A program made the translations under genes and the position numbers. From the IMG/VR virus record IMGVR_UViG_3300017991_000003, positions 64,001-128,000 of that record: DNA of 64,000 nt; one strand, 5' to 3'. The stretch is from a virus. The notes beneath the pieces were generated by a model, which saw only the letters and a program-made list of their open reading frames with translations, did no database searches and was not told the DNA's origin. Every line of letters starts with the position of its first letter. The stretch's first letter is position 1. Below are positions 19,594-27,495 of the stretch, piece after piece.

Positions 19594-20159
19594 TGGTATA
19601 GCCCCAGCTCAATAGCTGTTCGGTACTCGCGATGCACCGGATAGGTCTCGATCACCTCTCTCGGGCAGATCACTAGCGTGACCTTGTTTGCAACTGATAG
19701 GCGCGGTGTGAGGATGCCTGACACACTTCGACAGAACCTATCAGAGACGTCGTACGGCGGGAGACCTGTCAGGACGGCGAAAGGACAAGCACGGAGCTCT
19801 TCCCACATGGTCAGCTCAGCGTTTTCGATGCGCGGCTGGTCACGGATAATGGCTCGCTCGGCTGCCGCAATGTCACACCAGAGCAGCCAGTCAGCCCGCC
19901 ACCGGTAGAGCGCGTACAGGGTCTTGAGATCGGCTAGAAACTCGGCATCAAGCTCGACGGCGTGGACGTATCCAGGCTGTTTTGCTAGCCGCGGTTCCCA
20001 ACGTTCTTGCTCAGCCGGGGTAGGTTCGGGCAGATCTTGGAGGGCCTGGATGACGGGAGCAGGGAACCCGTAGTCCGCCAACCAATCAGAGCCAGTCCCT
20101 CTGATCCTCTTCAAGTTGTCGCAGACCCCGTGGTCCGCGGGCCAGATTCGATAGCTCAT
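19590..20159 (-). CDS. hypothetical protein
   Basis: 189-aa ORF co-directional with helicase. Confidence 0.5.
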   Translation of the reverse strand: MSYRIWPADHGVCDNLKRIRGTGSDWLADYGFPAPVIQALQDLPEPTPAEQERWEPRLAKQPGYVHAVELDAEFLADLKTLYALYRWRADWLLWCDIAAAERAIIRDQPRIENAELTMWEELRACPFAVLTGLPPYDVSDRFCRSVSGILTPRLSVANKVTLVICPREVIETYPVHREYRTAIELGLYQ

Positions 20160-20394
20160 ACTGATCGTCGGTGTAGGAGTCGTATAGCTGCTTGATCACC
20201 GGCTCGGTAGCGATGATCCGGTCGAGCCGCTCACATTGAAAATCGGACAGCGCTTTCAAGGCGACGAGGAGCTCGAGCACCTCGAGGCGACTCTGGAGCA
20301 GCACGAACTTGTGCGTGGGGTCCTGAGTACGCAGCGCCTCGTGTTCGAGATGCTCGAGCTCCGTCAAGAGCTCAAAGGGATCGAGCTGGGTCAT
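20086..20394 (-). CDS. hypothetical protein
   Basis: 102-aa acidic ORF; 74-nt overlap with the downstream gene lowers confidence. Confidence 0.35.
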   Translation of the reverse strand: MTQLDPFELLTELEHLEHEALRTQDPTHKFVLLQSRLEVLELLVALKALSDFQCERLDRIIATEPVIKQLYDSYTDDQYELSNLARGPRGLRQLEEDQRDWL

Positions 20395-20711
20395 GTCGTG
20401 ACTTGTCGGGTCTTCACGGGAGGGCCGGCTCGCATGCCTTTGTAGCGGCGCTTCGGAGTCACCTTATTGCGCCGTCTACGTTCCCGCTCTCGAGCCTCCC
20501 GAGTACGGGCAGCGCGCTGAGCCTGAATCCGACGCAACGCATCATCGGCAAGACAGGCTGCACACCAGCCCTCTTTACCGTGATCGCTCAGGTCCGAACA
20601 GATGCTTCCGCCTTGGGACCACATCTCAGAGCAACCAAGGCTCCGGATGCGGACTAGCGCATCGCGCCAGACCCGCTCATCCGCATCCGGGCTTGAGAGC
20701 TGTCTAGGCAT
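20391..20711 (-). CDS. small basic Cys-containing protein
   Basis: Track ORF 20391..20897 trimmed to ATG 20711 (MPRQLSS...), 5 nt after the upstream stop; C...C...C...CAAC cluster, Arg/Lys-rich tail. Confidence 0.4.
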   Translation of the reverse strand: MPRQLSSPDADERVWRDALVRIRSLGCSEMWSQGGSICSDLSDHGKEGWCAACLADDALRRIQAQRAARTREARERERRRRNKVTPKRRYKGMRAGPPVKTRQVTT

Positions 20712-21924
20712 CGGACTCAGCCGGTGCCACCTCTTCAGGGGCCTCGGCCTCCGTGGGCTCCTCGGTCGGCTCTTCCTGGCACTGGGGGCCAGTGTCAGAG
20801 ATGGCCTCGCGATCGAGCTCGAGCCGGCCTTCGAAGAGCTTGTAGAGCGCCACATCGCTCTCCGCGCCAGCCAGGCCGGGCGCGTCCTCGAACACACCGT
20901 AGGTGTTCAGCGACACCGGCCCCTTCGGGTCCGGCTGCTGGATCGTCCAGCTCTTGCCGCCCATGATCAGGCCCTGGCCGGTGCGGATGGCCACACTGAC
21001 CGTGATACCCTGAGGCTGCTGGGCAGCTTCCTGCATGTCGATCACGCTTCCCGAGCGCTCCAGCGGACCCAACTGGGTCAGGAACAGGGCGTAAGCGTCG
21101 ATGCGGTCGATCTCACGGCGCAGAACATCGAGGCGATAGGCGTCGCTGTTGACGTTGCACTCGGTCAGGTTCATCAGGACCGTGACCTCCGGGCCGGCGA
21201 TCACGGCGATCATCGGCAGGGGAGCGGTGCGGTTCTGGATCATGGCCAGGCGGTTGGGCTGCTCCAGGATCCGGCCGATACCGAGGGTCACGGGCCTGTC
21301 GAGGTCCTTGTGCTCGTGGTCAGCCCACTGGAAGCGCGTCAGACCCTTAGCGTAGTTCGGGTCCAAACCCAGGCGGACGGTCGGCAGCTCCAGGAAGGGG
21401 CAGCCGTAGTCCACCCAGCGCGCCGGCTGGCAGTTGGCGATGGCGACGATCTCGGGGCGGGCCGAAGTGCCTAGGAAGGCGGGGAGCATGGCCTCGATGT
21501 CCCCCATGGCGCGGCTGTACAGGGAGCCTTGGGTGATGACGTCGCGGCTCATCACCACGGACTCGCCGGGGGTCGGCCGGCGCACGGTCACGGTGAAGGG
21601 CTCCTGCGCCGTGTTGAGCTGCAAGGGCAGCACACCCCCCAGCCGGCGGCAGACGCTGCGCAGGAGGGACGTGGATTGGGTGCTGTGACGGAAGCGCAGG
21701 TCTTCGAACTCGAAGTAGGACTCGGCTAGATCGGTGTCGACATCACCGGTCATCCGGGAGCAGCCGTTGAAGACCTCGATACGGAGCTCGTTGATGTCGT
21801 CAGCCATCTTGGCGATCTCCGAGAGCGACTGCTTCTCGGGATCGGTGAGGTCGATGACTTGGTCGACCTCGAAGGTGCGGCCGTTGATCAGAAACGTGTT
21901 GGGGGTTAGCTGTGCGGTGAGCAT
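20704..21924 (-). CDS. hypothetical protein with acidic C-terminus
   Basis: 406-aa ORF, ATG at 21924; no recognisable motif. Confidence 0.6.
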   Translation of the reverse strand: MLTAQLTPNTFLINGRTFEVDQVIDLTDPEKQSLSEIAKMADDINELRIEVFNGCSRMTGDVDTDLAESYFEFEDLRFRHSTQSTSLLRSVCRRLGGVLPLQLNTAQEPFTVTVRRPTPGESVVMSRDVITQGSLYSRAMGDIEAMLPAFLGTSARPEIVAIANCQPARWVDYGCPFLELPTVRLGLDPNYAKGLTRFQWADHEHKDLDRPVTLGIGRILEQPNRLAMIQNRTAPLPMIAVIAGPEVTVLMNLTECNVNSDAYRLDVLRREIDRIDAYALFLTQLGPLERSGSVIDMQEAAQQPQGITVSVAIRTGQGLIMGGKSWTIQQPDPKGPVSLNTYGVFEDAPGLAGAESDVALYKLFEGRLELDREAISDTGPQCQEEPTEEPTEAEAPEEVAPAESDA

Positions 21925-21980
21925 GGGCGTTCAGGGGGTTGCGGGTGTGTCGCTGATTGTTGACAGACGGCAGGCTGCTG

Positions 21981-23402
21981 TCAAGGGTTGGGGATGCCTC
22001 GGCGAGCGGCTGTGTACAGCGTGTCGAAGGCCTCGCCCCGGAGCTTGTAGGACGCCATGATGACGTCGCCTTTCCCGGTCGGAGGTGTCTTGTAGGACCT
22101 GAGAGCCTTGACGGCCAGCTCGAGGACCTCGGGCTCGTCGACCCACTCAGGGTAGATGTCCAGGACGCCGTTACGGATCATCGCGTCATGATCCTCGGTC
22201 GAGACAGGAGCGGCGTTGATGTACTCCATGTCGGACATCACGTGGTTGCGCAGCCAGGGGAAGATGTTGTTCCAGGCGGCGGTCCAGTAGGCAGGGATGA
22301 AACCGACGTCTTGGCACCTCTGAGGGCGCATGAAGTCCTTCCAGTCCCGGATCCAGACCTTCAGGAAGACGGCCTGCTGCTGGTTGGTCCTGATCCCCGA
22401 GCTGGCTAGGAGCTCGCGGAACTGGTTCATGATCTGGGTCGTACGGGCGATGGAGTGGGCTAGGCGACCGTTGGGGAGGGTCTCGTTGAACAGGCACTTG
22501 ATCCCTGAGGCCTTACAGGCTGCTCGGATCATGCGGACGAAGTCCATGGACTTCCAGCGATCGACGTGGGAGAGGTCGAGGGGATCGACTCGCTCAGCCG
22601 GCTTGGGGTGGGCTGGGTCCTCCTGAGGGGCCCTGTACTTGGACAGGGTCTGCTTGGACTTCTTCTTGACCCGGTCATCCTGACGGGCCTTCTCCTCGCT
22701 GTAGGCGGACCCACTGGTCACGTCTTGGATGCGCTTCTTCGGGGCCCTATCCCTTCGGGTCATATCCCCCTCCTGAGGGCTTGGCGGGTCCTCCCGCCTC
22801 GACGAGGAATGCGAAGCATTCCGAGGAGAGTCAGAGTCCTTGTAGGACTCTTCCTCGTAAGGGCGGAAGCCGGCTTCACCCTGCTGGCGGCCCCTAGAAG
22901 CGGGGTCACCCCCCGCCGCGGCCACGGTACCGGCCTTGGCCGCCTCCGGGCAGTGCTCCTGTACCCAGGGGTCGTCTCGGTACCTGGCCCACAGTGCTCG
23001 CCAGCACCTGTGGGTGATCGTTCGGGGCCGGAGCTTGACCACTAGGTCCAGCGTGATCGGGACCGGCACGAGCAGGCTCGAGGCCCGGACGCGGTGGGTC
23101 CGATGAAGCAGGCCCACCTCCACAAGCCGGTTCAGGATCGTACGGATCTGCCGGCTCGACAGGTCGCAGACGTCTCCGAGCACACGCGCGGACGCCGAGC
23201 AGATCCCGTTACTGGACGCCTCCGCGAAGGAGACCACCTCCTGATAGACAAAAACCTCGGTCTTGGTGAGGACCGAGGAGCGTCTGACAGCCTTGGACAT
23301 CCGGTCGTAGCCGGAGACCTCCGGGGAGGGGGGCAAAATAATCGCATTTCCCTTAGCAGAAGGGACTTGCGTTCTACCAGTCTCGTGTCCTAGACTACTC
23401 AT
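21981..23402 (-). CDS. winged-helix DNA-binding protein (possible replication initiator or regulator)
   Basis: 473 aa; N-terminal HTH-like segment (SASARVLGDVCDLSSRQIRTILNRLVEVGLL), central low-complexity basic linker. Confidence 0.55.
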   Translation of the reverse strand: MSSLGHETGRTQVPSAKGNAIILPPSPEVSGYDRMSKAVRRSSVLTKTEVFVYQEVVSFAEASSNGICSASARVLGDVCDLSSRQIRTILNRLVEVGLLHRTHRVRASSLLVPVPITLDLVVKLRPRTITHRCWRALWARYRDDPWVQEHCPEAAKAGTVAAAGGDPASRGRQQGEAGFRPYEEESYKDSDSPRNASHSSSRREDPPSPQEGDMTRRDRAPKKRIQDVTSGSAYSEEKARQDDRVKKKSKQTLSKYRAPQEDPAHPKPAERVDPLDLSHVDRWKSMDFVRMIRAACKASGIKCLFNETLPNGRLAHSIARTTQIMNQFRELLASSGIRTNQQQAVFLKVWIRDWKDFMRPQRCQDVGFIPAYWTAAWNNIFPWLRNHVMSDMEYINAAPVSTEDHDAMIRNGVLDIYPEWVDEPEVLELAVKALRSYKTPPTGKGDVIMASYKLRGEAFDTLYTAARRGIPNP

Positions 23403-23461
23403 GTCGAATGACTACTCGGCGTTGTGACCCAGGGCGCATACACCTTCAGGGTCATGAATAT

Positions 23462-23499
23462 GCGGGTGCCCGCCTTGTGCGGGCCCCGCTTCTTTTTTT
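23462..23499 (+). terminator. intrinsic-terminator-like hairpin plus T-run on plus strand
   Basis: gcggg-tg-cccgc-cttgt-gcggg-c-cccgc nested stem followed by ttcttttttt; lies between two minus-strand genes. Confidence 0.45.
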
Positions 23500-23563
23500 G
23501 GGTACCCCGCACCCTACGCGGTCCTGGGGACCGTTTCAAGGTGCGGGGCTCCACAAATCGCAT

Positions 23564-24193
23564 CTAGCCGTCCGTCGTTACCCAGGTGGTCGTCCAGTTA
23601 CCAGCTCCGGCGTCCGGCCCTGTGTAGGTCACCTGCATCACCTGGTCCGTCGTGAGGTCGACCCTCTGCACGTTTGGTTGCGGCTGGGGCCGGGGCTCCT
23701 CGTAGGTGAAGCGGCTCCAGAACTGATCCTCGTCGATAGCCTTCAGCTCGTTTGAGCGCCGGCGGATATCGACCGTACCTGGAGCTAGCTTGAATAGTGA
23801 GACGTGGAAAGTGCCTAGGAGCTCTGTCGCATTGGCCTCTTGGAGTTGCTCGTGACCGTCCAGGTGCCGGAACGGGTACCACCTGTCCGTGACGCCCTGC
23901 ATCCTGCCTCCGATGTCCGAGAAGTGCGGGTAGTCTCGCATGCACGCATTGAAGATACGCTTCCACCATCGGGAGGAGTAGAGCGGATTGGTGCGAGCTC
24001 CGATATCTCGGCCCCTGAGGTGCTCTTCAATGTGTTGGAGGACCCTGAAGACGACAGCGCGGTGATCGCGATCCGTCGGGCCTCGAGAGCGCAGGGTGCG
24101 GAGCGGGAACGTGGCTACGTGAATGCTCTGCTCCTGGAGGTGGCGGGTGTTCGTGATGTGGAGGACCTGGATAGGGCGGGGCCGGCGACTCAT
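23564..24193 (-). CDS. hypothetical protein
   Basis: Track ORF 23564..24298 trimmed to ATG 24193 (MSRRPRPIQ...), overlapping upstream stop (ATGA). Confidence 0.5.
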   Translation of the reverse strand: MSRRPRPIQVLHITNTRHLQEQSIHVATFPLRTLRSRGPTDRDHRAVVFRVLQHIEEHLRGRDIGARTNPLYSSRWWKRIFNACMRDYPHFSDIGGRMQGVTDRWYPFRHLDGHEQLQEANATELLGTFHVSLFKLAPGTVDIRRRSNELKAIDEDQFWSRFTYEEPRPQPQPNVQRVDLTTDQVMQVTYTGPDAGAGNWTTTWVTTDG

Positions 24194-24900
24194 GGCTTGG
24201 TCAGGGTCAGGATGGTGATCATGTAAGGCGTGCGCAGGAGTAGGTACTTGTCCTGGACTGCCCATAGCACGGGGCTCTTGCCTAGGAGGATCAGGCACTG
24301 GCGGAGCTTGGTGACGTTGACGGCCGGGTAACGGCGCTCACCCGAGATGGGGTACTCAGTCGGCTCGGCTCGAAGACCCTGCTGTGGGCAGATCTCCATG
24401 AACTGGTAGTTCAGGGCTGACTGATGTGCTCGCGATTGCGGGATGACACCCAGCGGGTCTCCGGTCACGCGCTTGAAGGCTGCGGAACGAGCAGCCAGTT
24501 GCTGCATCAGATCTGCGTGCGGGTAGTCAGGGCCGGCCTTCACTGGCGCAGCCCTCGGGGTGTCGAGCTGCGTGCTGCTGTAGATCGTGGTGACGGTCAT
24601 GTTGCAGACCATTCGATCTAGCGGCCAGTCCTCGACCCAGGTCAGCTCTTTGGTGATCGAGGGGTGCAGTTGGTAGAGCAGGCGGCCTCGACCGCGTGCT
24701 AGGTAAGGGCGCTTCCACGCAGCCAACCGGTGCGAGCCTTCGACCCGTTGAGGTGTTTGGTACTCCGCAAAGGGGCCGGCCGGTTCTGTCGGTTCTGCGG
24801 CTTTTCGAGGCTGCTCCAGGTGGGTCAGCAGGGTAAGGACTCGCGCCTGATCACCCGCGCTCAGGGCCTCGATACGCTCAGCGATGGTCTTGTCGGTCAC
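24190..24900 (-). CDS. hypothetical protein
   Basis: Track ORF 24190..25041 trimmed to GTG 24900 (VTDKTIAERIEAL...) preceded by AAGGAG about 7 nt upstream. Confidence 0.5.
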   Translation of the reverse strand: MTDKTIAERIEALSAGDQARVLTLLTHLEQPRKAAEPTEPAGPFAEYQTPQRVEGSHRLAAWKRPYLARGRGRLLYQLHPSITKELTWVEDWPLDRMVCNMTVTTIYSSTQLDTPRAAPVKAGPDYPHADLMQQLAARSAAFKRVTGDPLGVIPQSRAHQSALNYQFMEICPQQGLRAEPTEYPISGERRYPAVNVTKLRQCLILLGKSPVLWAVQDKYLLLRTPYMITILTLTKP

Positions 24901-25128
24901 TAAAAAGCTCCTTGGTGAATCAACCGGAGCAGAGCTCCGGAGGTGAAAGGTGCCCCACCCGCCGAGAGGCGAGTGGGGCGGTTGCCAGGATGCACACGAA
25001 CTACTGGAGTGGTGGACCTGAGCTGAGCCGGAGTATGGCACCGGATCGAGCCGGATTCAGTGACTGCGTATAGCTCGTTGGGTTTGTCTACCTCGTGGAT
25101 GAGCTCGGAGTCACGACTCGAGCGGAGT

Positions 25129-25290
25129 CGCCTGCCTCGAGCTCATTGTTGCCATCATCTCGTCTGGTTGATGAGATGGCGGCGGCTCCTCCTCTCCTGT
25201 TATCCTGCGCTTACAGTATTCTCGGTGCCCGAGCTCGACCCATCTCGTCAACCTGACGCGATGATGGCAACAATGAGCTCGAGGCAGGCG
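25129..25290. repeat. 36-bp inverted repeat (35/36 matching) with ~90-bp spacer
   Basis: Left arm 25129-25164 cgcctgcctcgagctcattgttgccatcatctcgtc; right arm 25255-25290 is its reverse complement with one mismatch. Confidence 0.85.
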
Positions 25291-25440
25291 CCGCAGCGAG
25301 AGGCGCCGTGGCTCAGCCTCGTGGTGGGCAAACCCACGAGTTATTCGCAGACACTGAAGCCGGCCCGGTTGACATGCTCTGGCTCAGCTCAGGGTCTACC
25401 CGTAGGTGCAAGTGTGGCCGAGGTTGCTGTTGCGCTATCT

Positions 25441-25455
25441 GCGGCGATGCGCCGC
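25441..25455. repeat. short inverted-repeat motif GCGGCGATGCGCCGC, copy 1 of 3
   Basis: CGGCG-ATG-CGCCG core read directly; recurs at 25787 and 26040. Confidence 0.8.
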
Positions 25456-25786
25456 AGGACCCTCAAGTCAAGAGGGAATAGCTCTTCGTGTGCGGGGATT
25501 CCAAGGCAAGAGCCTGGATGGGCGCGCAGAGCATGATCCCGGTCGTGGAGGCGTGCCCGAGCTTTGTACGCGACCCGGTTCGGGTCGAGGATAAAGCGAA
25601 GGACCAGCACGCTGTAACGATCCGTGGATTATGCTCCGCGCTGTCCCAGCCAGCGCTTCGTTGGTAGTGGGAGGCGCCTCCGCTAGGAGGCGACGTCCTC
25701 GAGTTGCGCTACTGAAGCGACCACACATGCTGGCATGTGTAGCTTCAGGTGCGCAGTGCTCGAGGCCCACGACCAGTCGTACAGTG

Positions 25787-25801
25787 GCGGCGATGCGCCG
25801 C
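25787..25801. repeat. short inverted-repeat motif GCGGCGATGCGCCGC, copy 2 of 3
   Basis: Identical 15-mer to copy 1; flanks extend the inverted repeat to 17 bp. Confidence 0.8.
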
Positions 25802-26039
25802 CTGAAGACGTTGTGGATTAGGCCTCCGGTAGGCCCGTTCCAGTCTTTCTACTCCCTTGGAAAGGTAGTCACCTCTTGCGAGGCTGGCTGGCTACCTTGG
25901 TATCGGCGCTCGTAGAGACTACCCGGTCACACGCCCGCCGGAGGCGGGCTTGTGGACGCGTGGTCTCAACGTAATGTGTCACAGGAGACAGCTCGAGGCG
26001 CAGCTCGAGCGGGCCTCCGGCCACAGTTTCTATCACTTG

Positions 26040-26054
26040 ACGGCGATGCGCCGC
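26040..26054. repeat. short inverted-repeat motif (a)CGGCGATGCGCCGC, copy 3 of 3
   Basis: 13-bp core identical to copies 1 and 2; spacing between copies about 345 and 250 bp. Confidence 0.75.
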
Positions 26055-26265
26055 CGCGGAAGTCAGATGGGCTAGCTAGACCACTTCTTTCCTTGCTCCG
26101 CCGAAGATGTACCTGTTGGCAGCCCTGGTACTGGGCTTTTGGCTATGAAGAACGGATCATCGGGGCCAACTACCCTCCTGCTCTTCGTGCCTGTTGGTAC
26201 CGGCCTTTGGCCGGCAGCCGAGCCTGCTCCGGATTATGTGGAGCAGACTCGGTTCACTTGGTGCG

Positions 26266-26733
26266 CTAGCCGCGCTCCTTGACGGGGACCTTCATGATGA
26301 GGACGTCGCCCTCCTTGAGGGTCATCCCGTCGGTCACCTCCTGGCCGCCGATGTGCGGCTTCGACCCCTCGGGGGTGCCGAAGCGGCGAGCGTACTCGGT
26401 CCGCGCGTCGGCGACCGAGGTGCCGGCGGCGACGTTGAGGCGGCCGGGCTCGCCCAGACCGTCGGTGGCCGCGGCGGTGACCGTGGCGACCGGACCCGCC
26501 TGCGGGGTCTCCTGGGTCGTCGGCGCCGTCGTGGCGGTGGGAGCGGTGCGCGTCACGGCGACGGCCACCTCGGTGTCCGTGGGCAGACCCGTGGTCTGGT
26601 CCCACTTGGTCGGATCCGAGTGGTCGACCTCGTAGAGCACGGGGTTGCCGGCCGCGTCGTTCGCGGGGGAGTCGGCGTAGCGGATGCGACGGTTGAGGGT
26701 GTCGAACGCGGGGCGCTTGATGTTTCCGGTCAT
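26266..26733 (-). CDS. small protein with candidate ThiS/MoaD-like beta-grasp (ubiquitin-like) C-terminal domain
   Basis: 155 aa; C-terminal ...IGGQEVTDGMTLKEGDVLIMKVPVKERG resembles ThiS/MoaD but ends RG, not GG; last gene of the RT-JAB-E1 operon. Confidence 0.4.
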   Translation of the reverse strand: MTGNIKRPAFDTLNRRIRYADSPANDAAGNPVLYEVDHSDPTKWDQTTGLPTDTEVAVAVTRTAPTATTAPTTQETPQAGPVATVTAAATDGLGEPGRLNVAAGTSVADARTEYARRFGTPEGSKPHIGGQEVTDGMTLKEGDVLIMKVPVKERG

Positions 26734-26756
26734 GGTGCAGAGGGTGTGTAGAGGGT

Positions 26757-27491
26757 TCAGGTGAGTTGGAGGGAGTGCTGCGTCTGCGGCGCGGCTTTCC
26801 CACCGAGCACGTCGACCACGATGGTGTTGAAGCTGGGCTTCATCGGGTCGTCGATCGTCAGGACCTGGGCGAACCAGGTCTGCAACATGGCCTGGGCGAC
26901 CGCTTGGTTCGCCAGAGCCAGTTGCGGCTGCGTCTCGTACTCCTGGGTGCAGTCCAGCTGATCGGGAAACTCGTTCCCAGGAGTCTCATGACGCATCTCG
27001 GGGTTCCGTTCGGTGAGCGACGCGCAGACGTCCTCGCTGTTGATGCGGCGCCAGAGCATGGCCTGGCCGCTGTCGAGGTCGTTGCCGCCGTCCACCCACG
27101 TGAACTCGTCGAGCTTGTCGAGCTGCTCCTCGAGGAAGCAGCGGGTCTTGTTGTTGTCCACGCAGCCGAACAGCGTGACGCCCTCGACCAACCACTCACG
27201 GTGGTGGTTCAGGAGCCGATCGCTCAGGTACATGGAGATCACCCGGACGTCCAGGCCCGGGAAGGTGTCTCGCAGGGTTCGGGCCATGATCTCGGCTTTG
27301 TTCTGGCCGATGGCCGCGGCGCCGTGCTGGCGCGCGAGGTTGTGGTCCTCGACCTCGTCGCCGTCGATGATGAAGAGGGTCGGATTCTGGATCCGATCCC
27401 CCACCATCTCAGGCGGGTGGGCGAGAAGACGAGCGAGCGGCTCGGCTAGGTGGTAGCCGATGCCGCCCGCTCCGAGGATGGCGTAGATCAT
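26757..27491 (-). CDS. E1-like enzyme (ThiF/MoeB/ubiquitin-activating family)
   Basis: Track ORF trimmed to ATG 27491 (MIYAILGAGGIGYHLAEP...); GxGxxG loop and E1 signature FIIDGDEVEDHNLARQ; collinear with ThiF/MoeB; starts 5 nt after the JAB gene stop. Confidence 0.8.
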   Translation of the reverse strand: MIYAILGAGGIGYHLAEPLARLLAHPPEMVGDRIQNPTLFIIDGDEVEDHNLARQHGAAAIGQNKAEIMARTLRDTFPGLDVRVISMYLSDRLLNHHREWLVEGVTLFGCVDNNKTRCFLEEQLDKLDEFTWVDGGNDLDSGQAMLWRRINSEDVCASLTERNPEMRHETPGNEFPDQLDCTQEYETQPQLALANQAVAQAMLQTWFAQVLTIDDPMKPSFNTIVVDVLGGKAAPQTQHSLQLT

Positions 27492-27495
27492 GAGG

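Larger units (their letters stand above)
24901..26265. other. 1.36-kb non-coding region rich in inverted repeats (candidate origin, regulatory hub or structured RNA locus)
   Basis: Only short overlapping Arg/Ser-rich ORFs in any frame; contains the repeat features listed separately plus a 12-bp palindrome ggaggcgcctcc (about 25672) and a gccccac...gtggggc hairpin (about 24950). Confidence 0.6.

Noticed and set aside
20391-20897. Full-length 168-aa ORF 20391..20897
   Set aside because: Its 5' part overlaps the 3' end of the 406-aa gene in another frame; an ATG at 20711 lies 5 nt after that gene's stop, so the shorter 106-aa product was annotated
25441-26054. Repeated short motif in the non-coding region as a possible CRISPR array
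   Set aside because: Only three copies, irregular spacing (about 345 and 250 bp), each unit is a short inverted repeat rather than a 25-40-bp direct repeat, and no cas genes are nearby
24901-26265. tRNA genes in the large intergenic region
   Set aside because: No T-loop consensus (GTTCRANYC) or D-arm consensus found by eye; the cgacccg-gtt-cgggtcg hairpin near 25570 does not fit a T-arm. A tRNA scan would be needed to exclude this formally.
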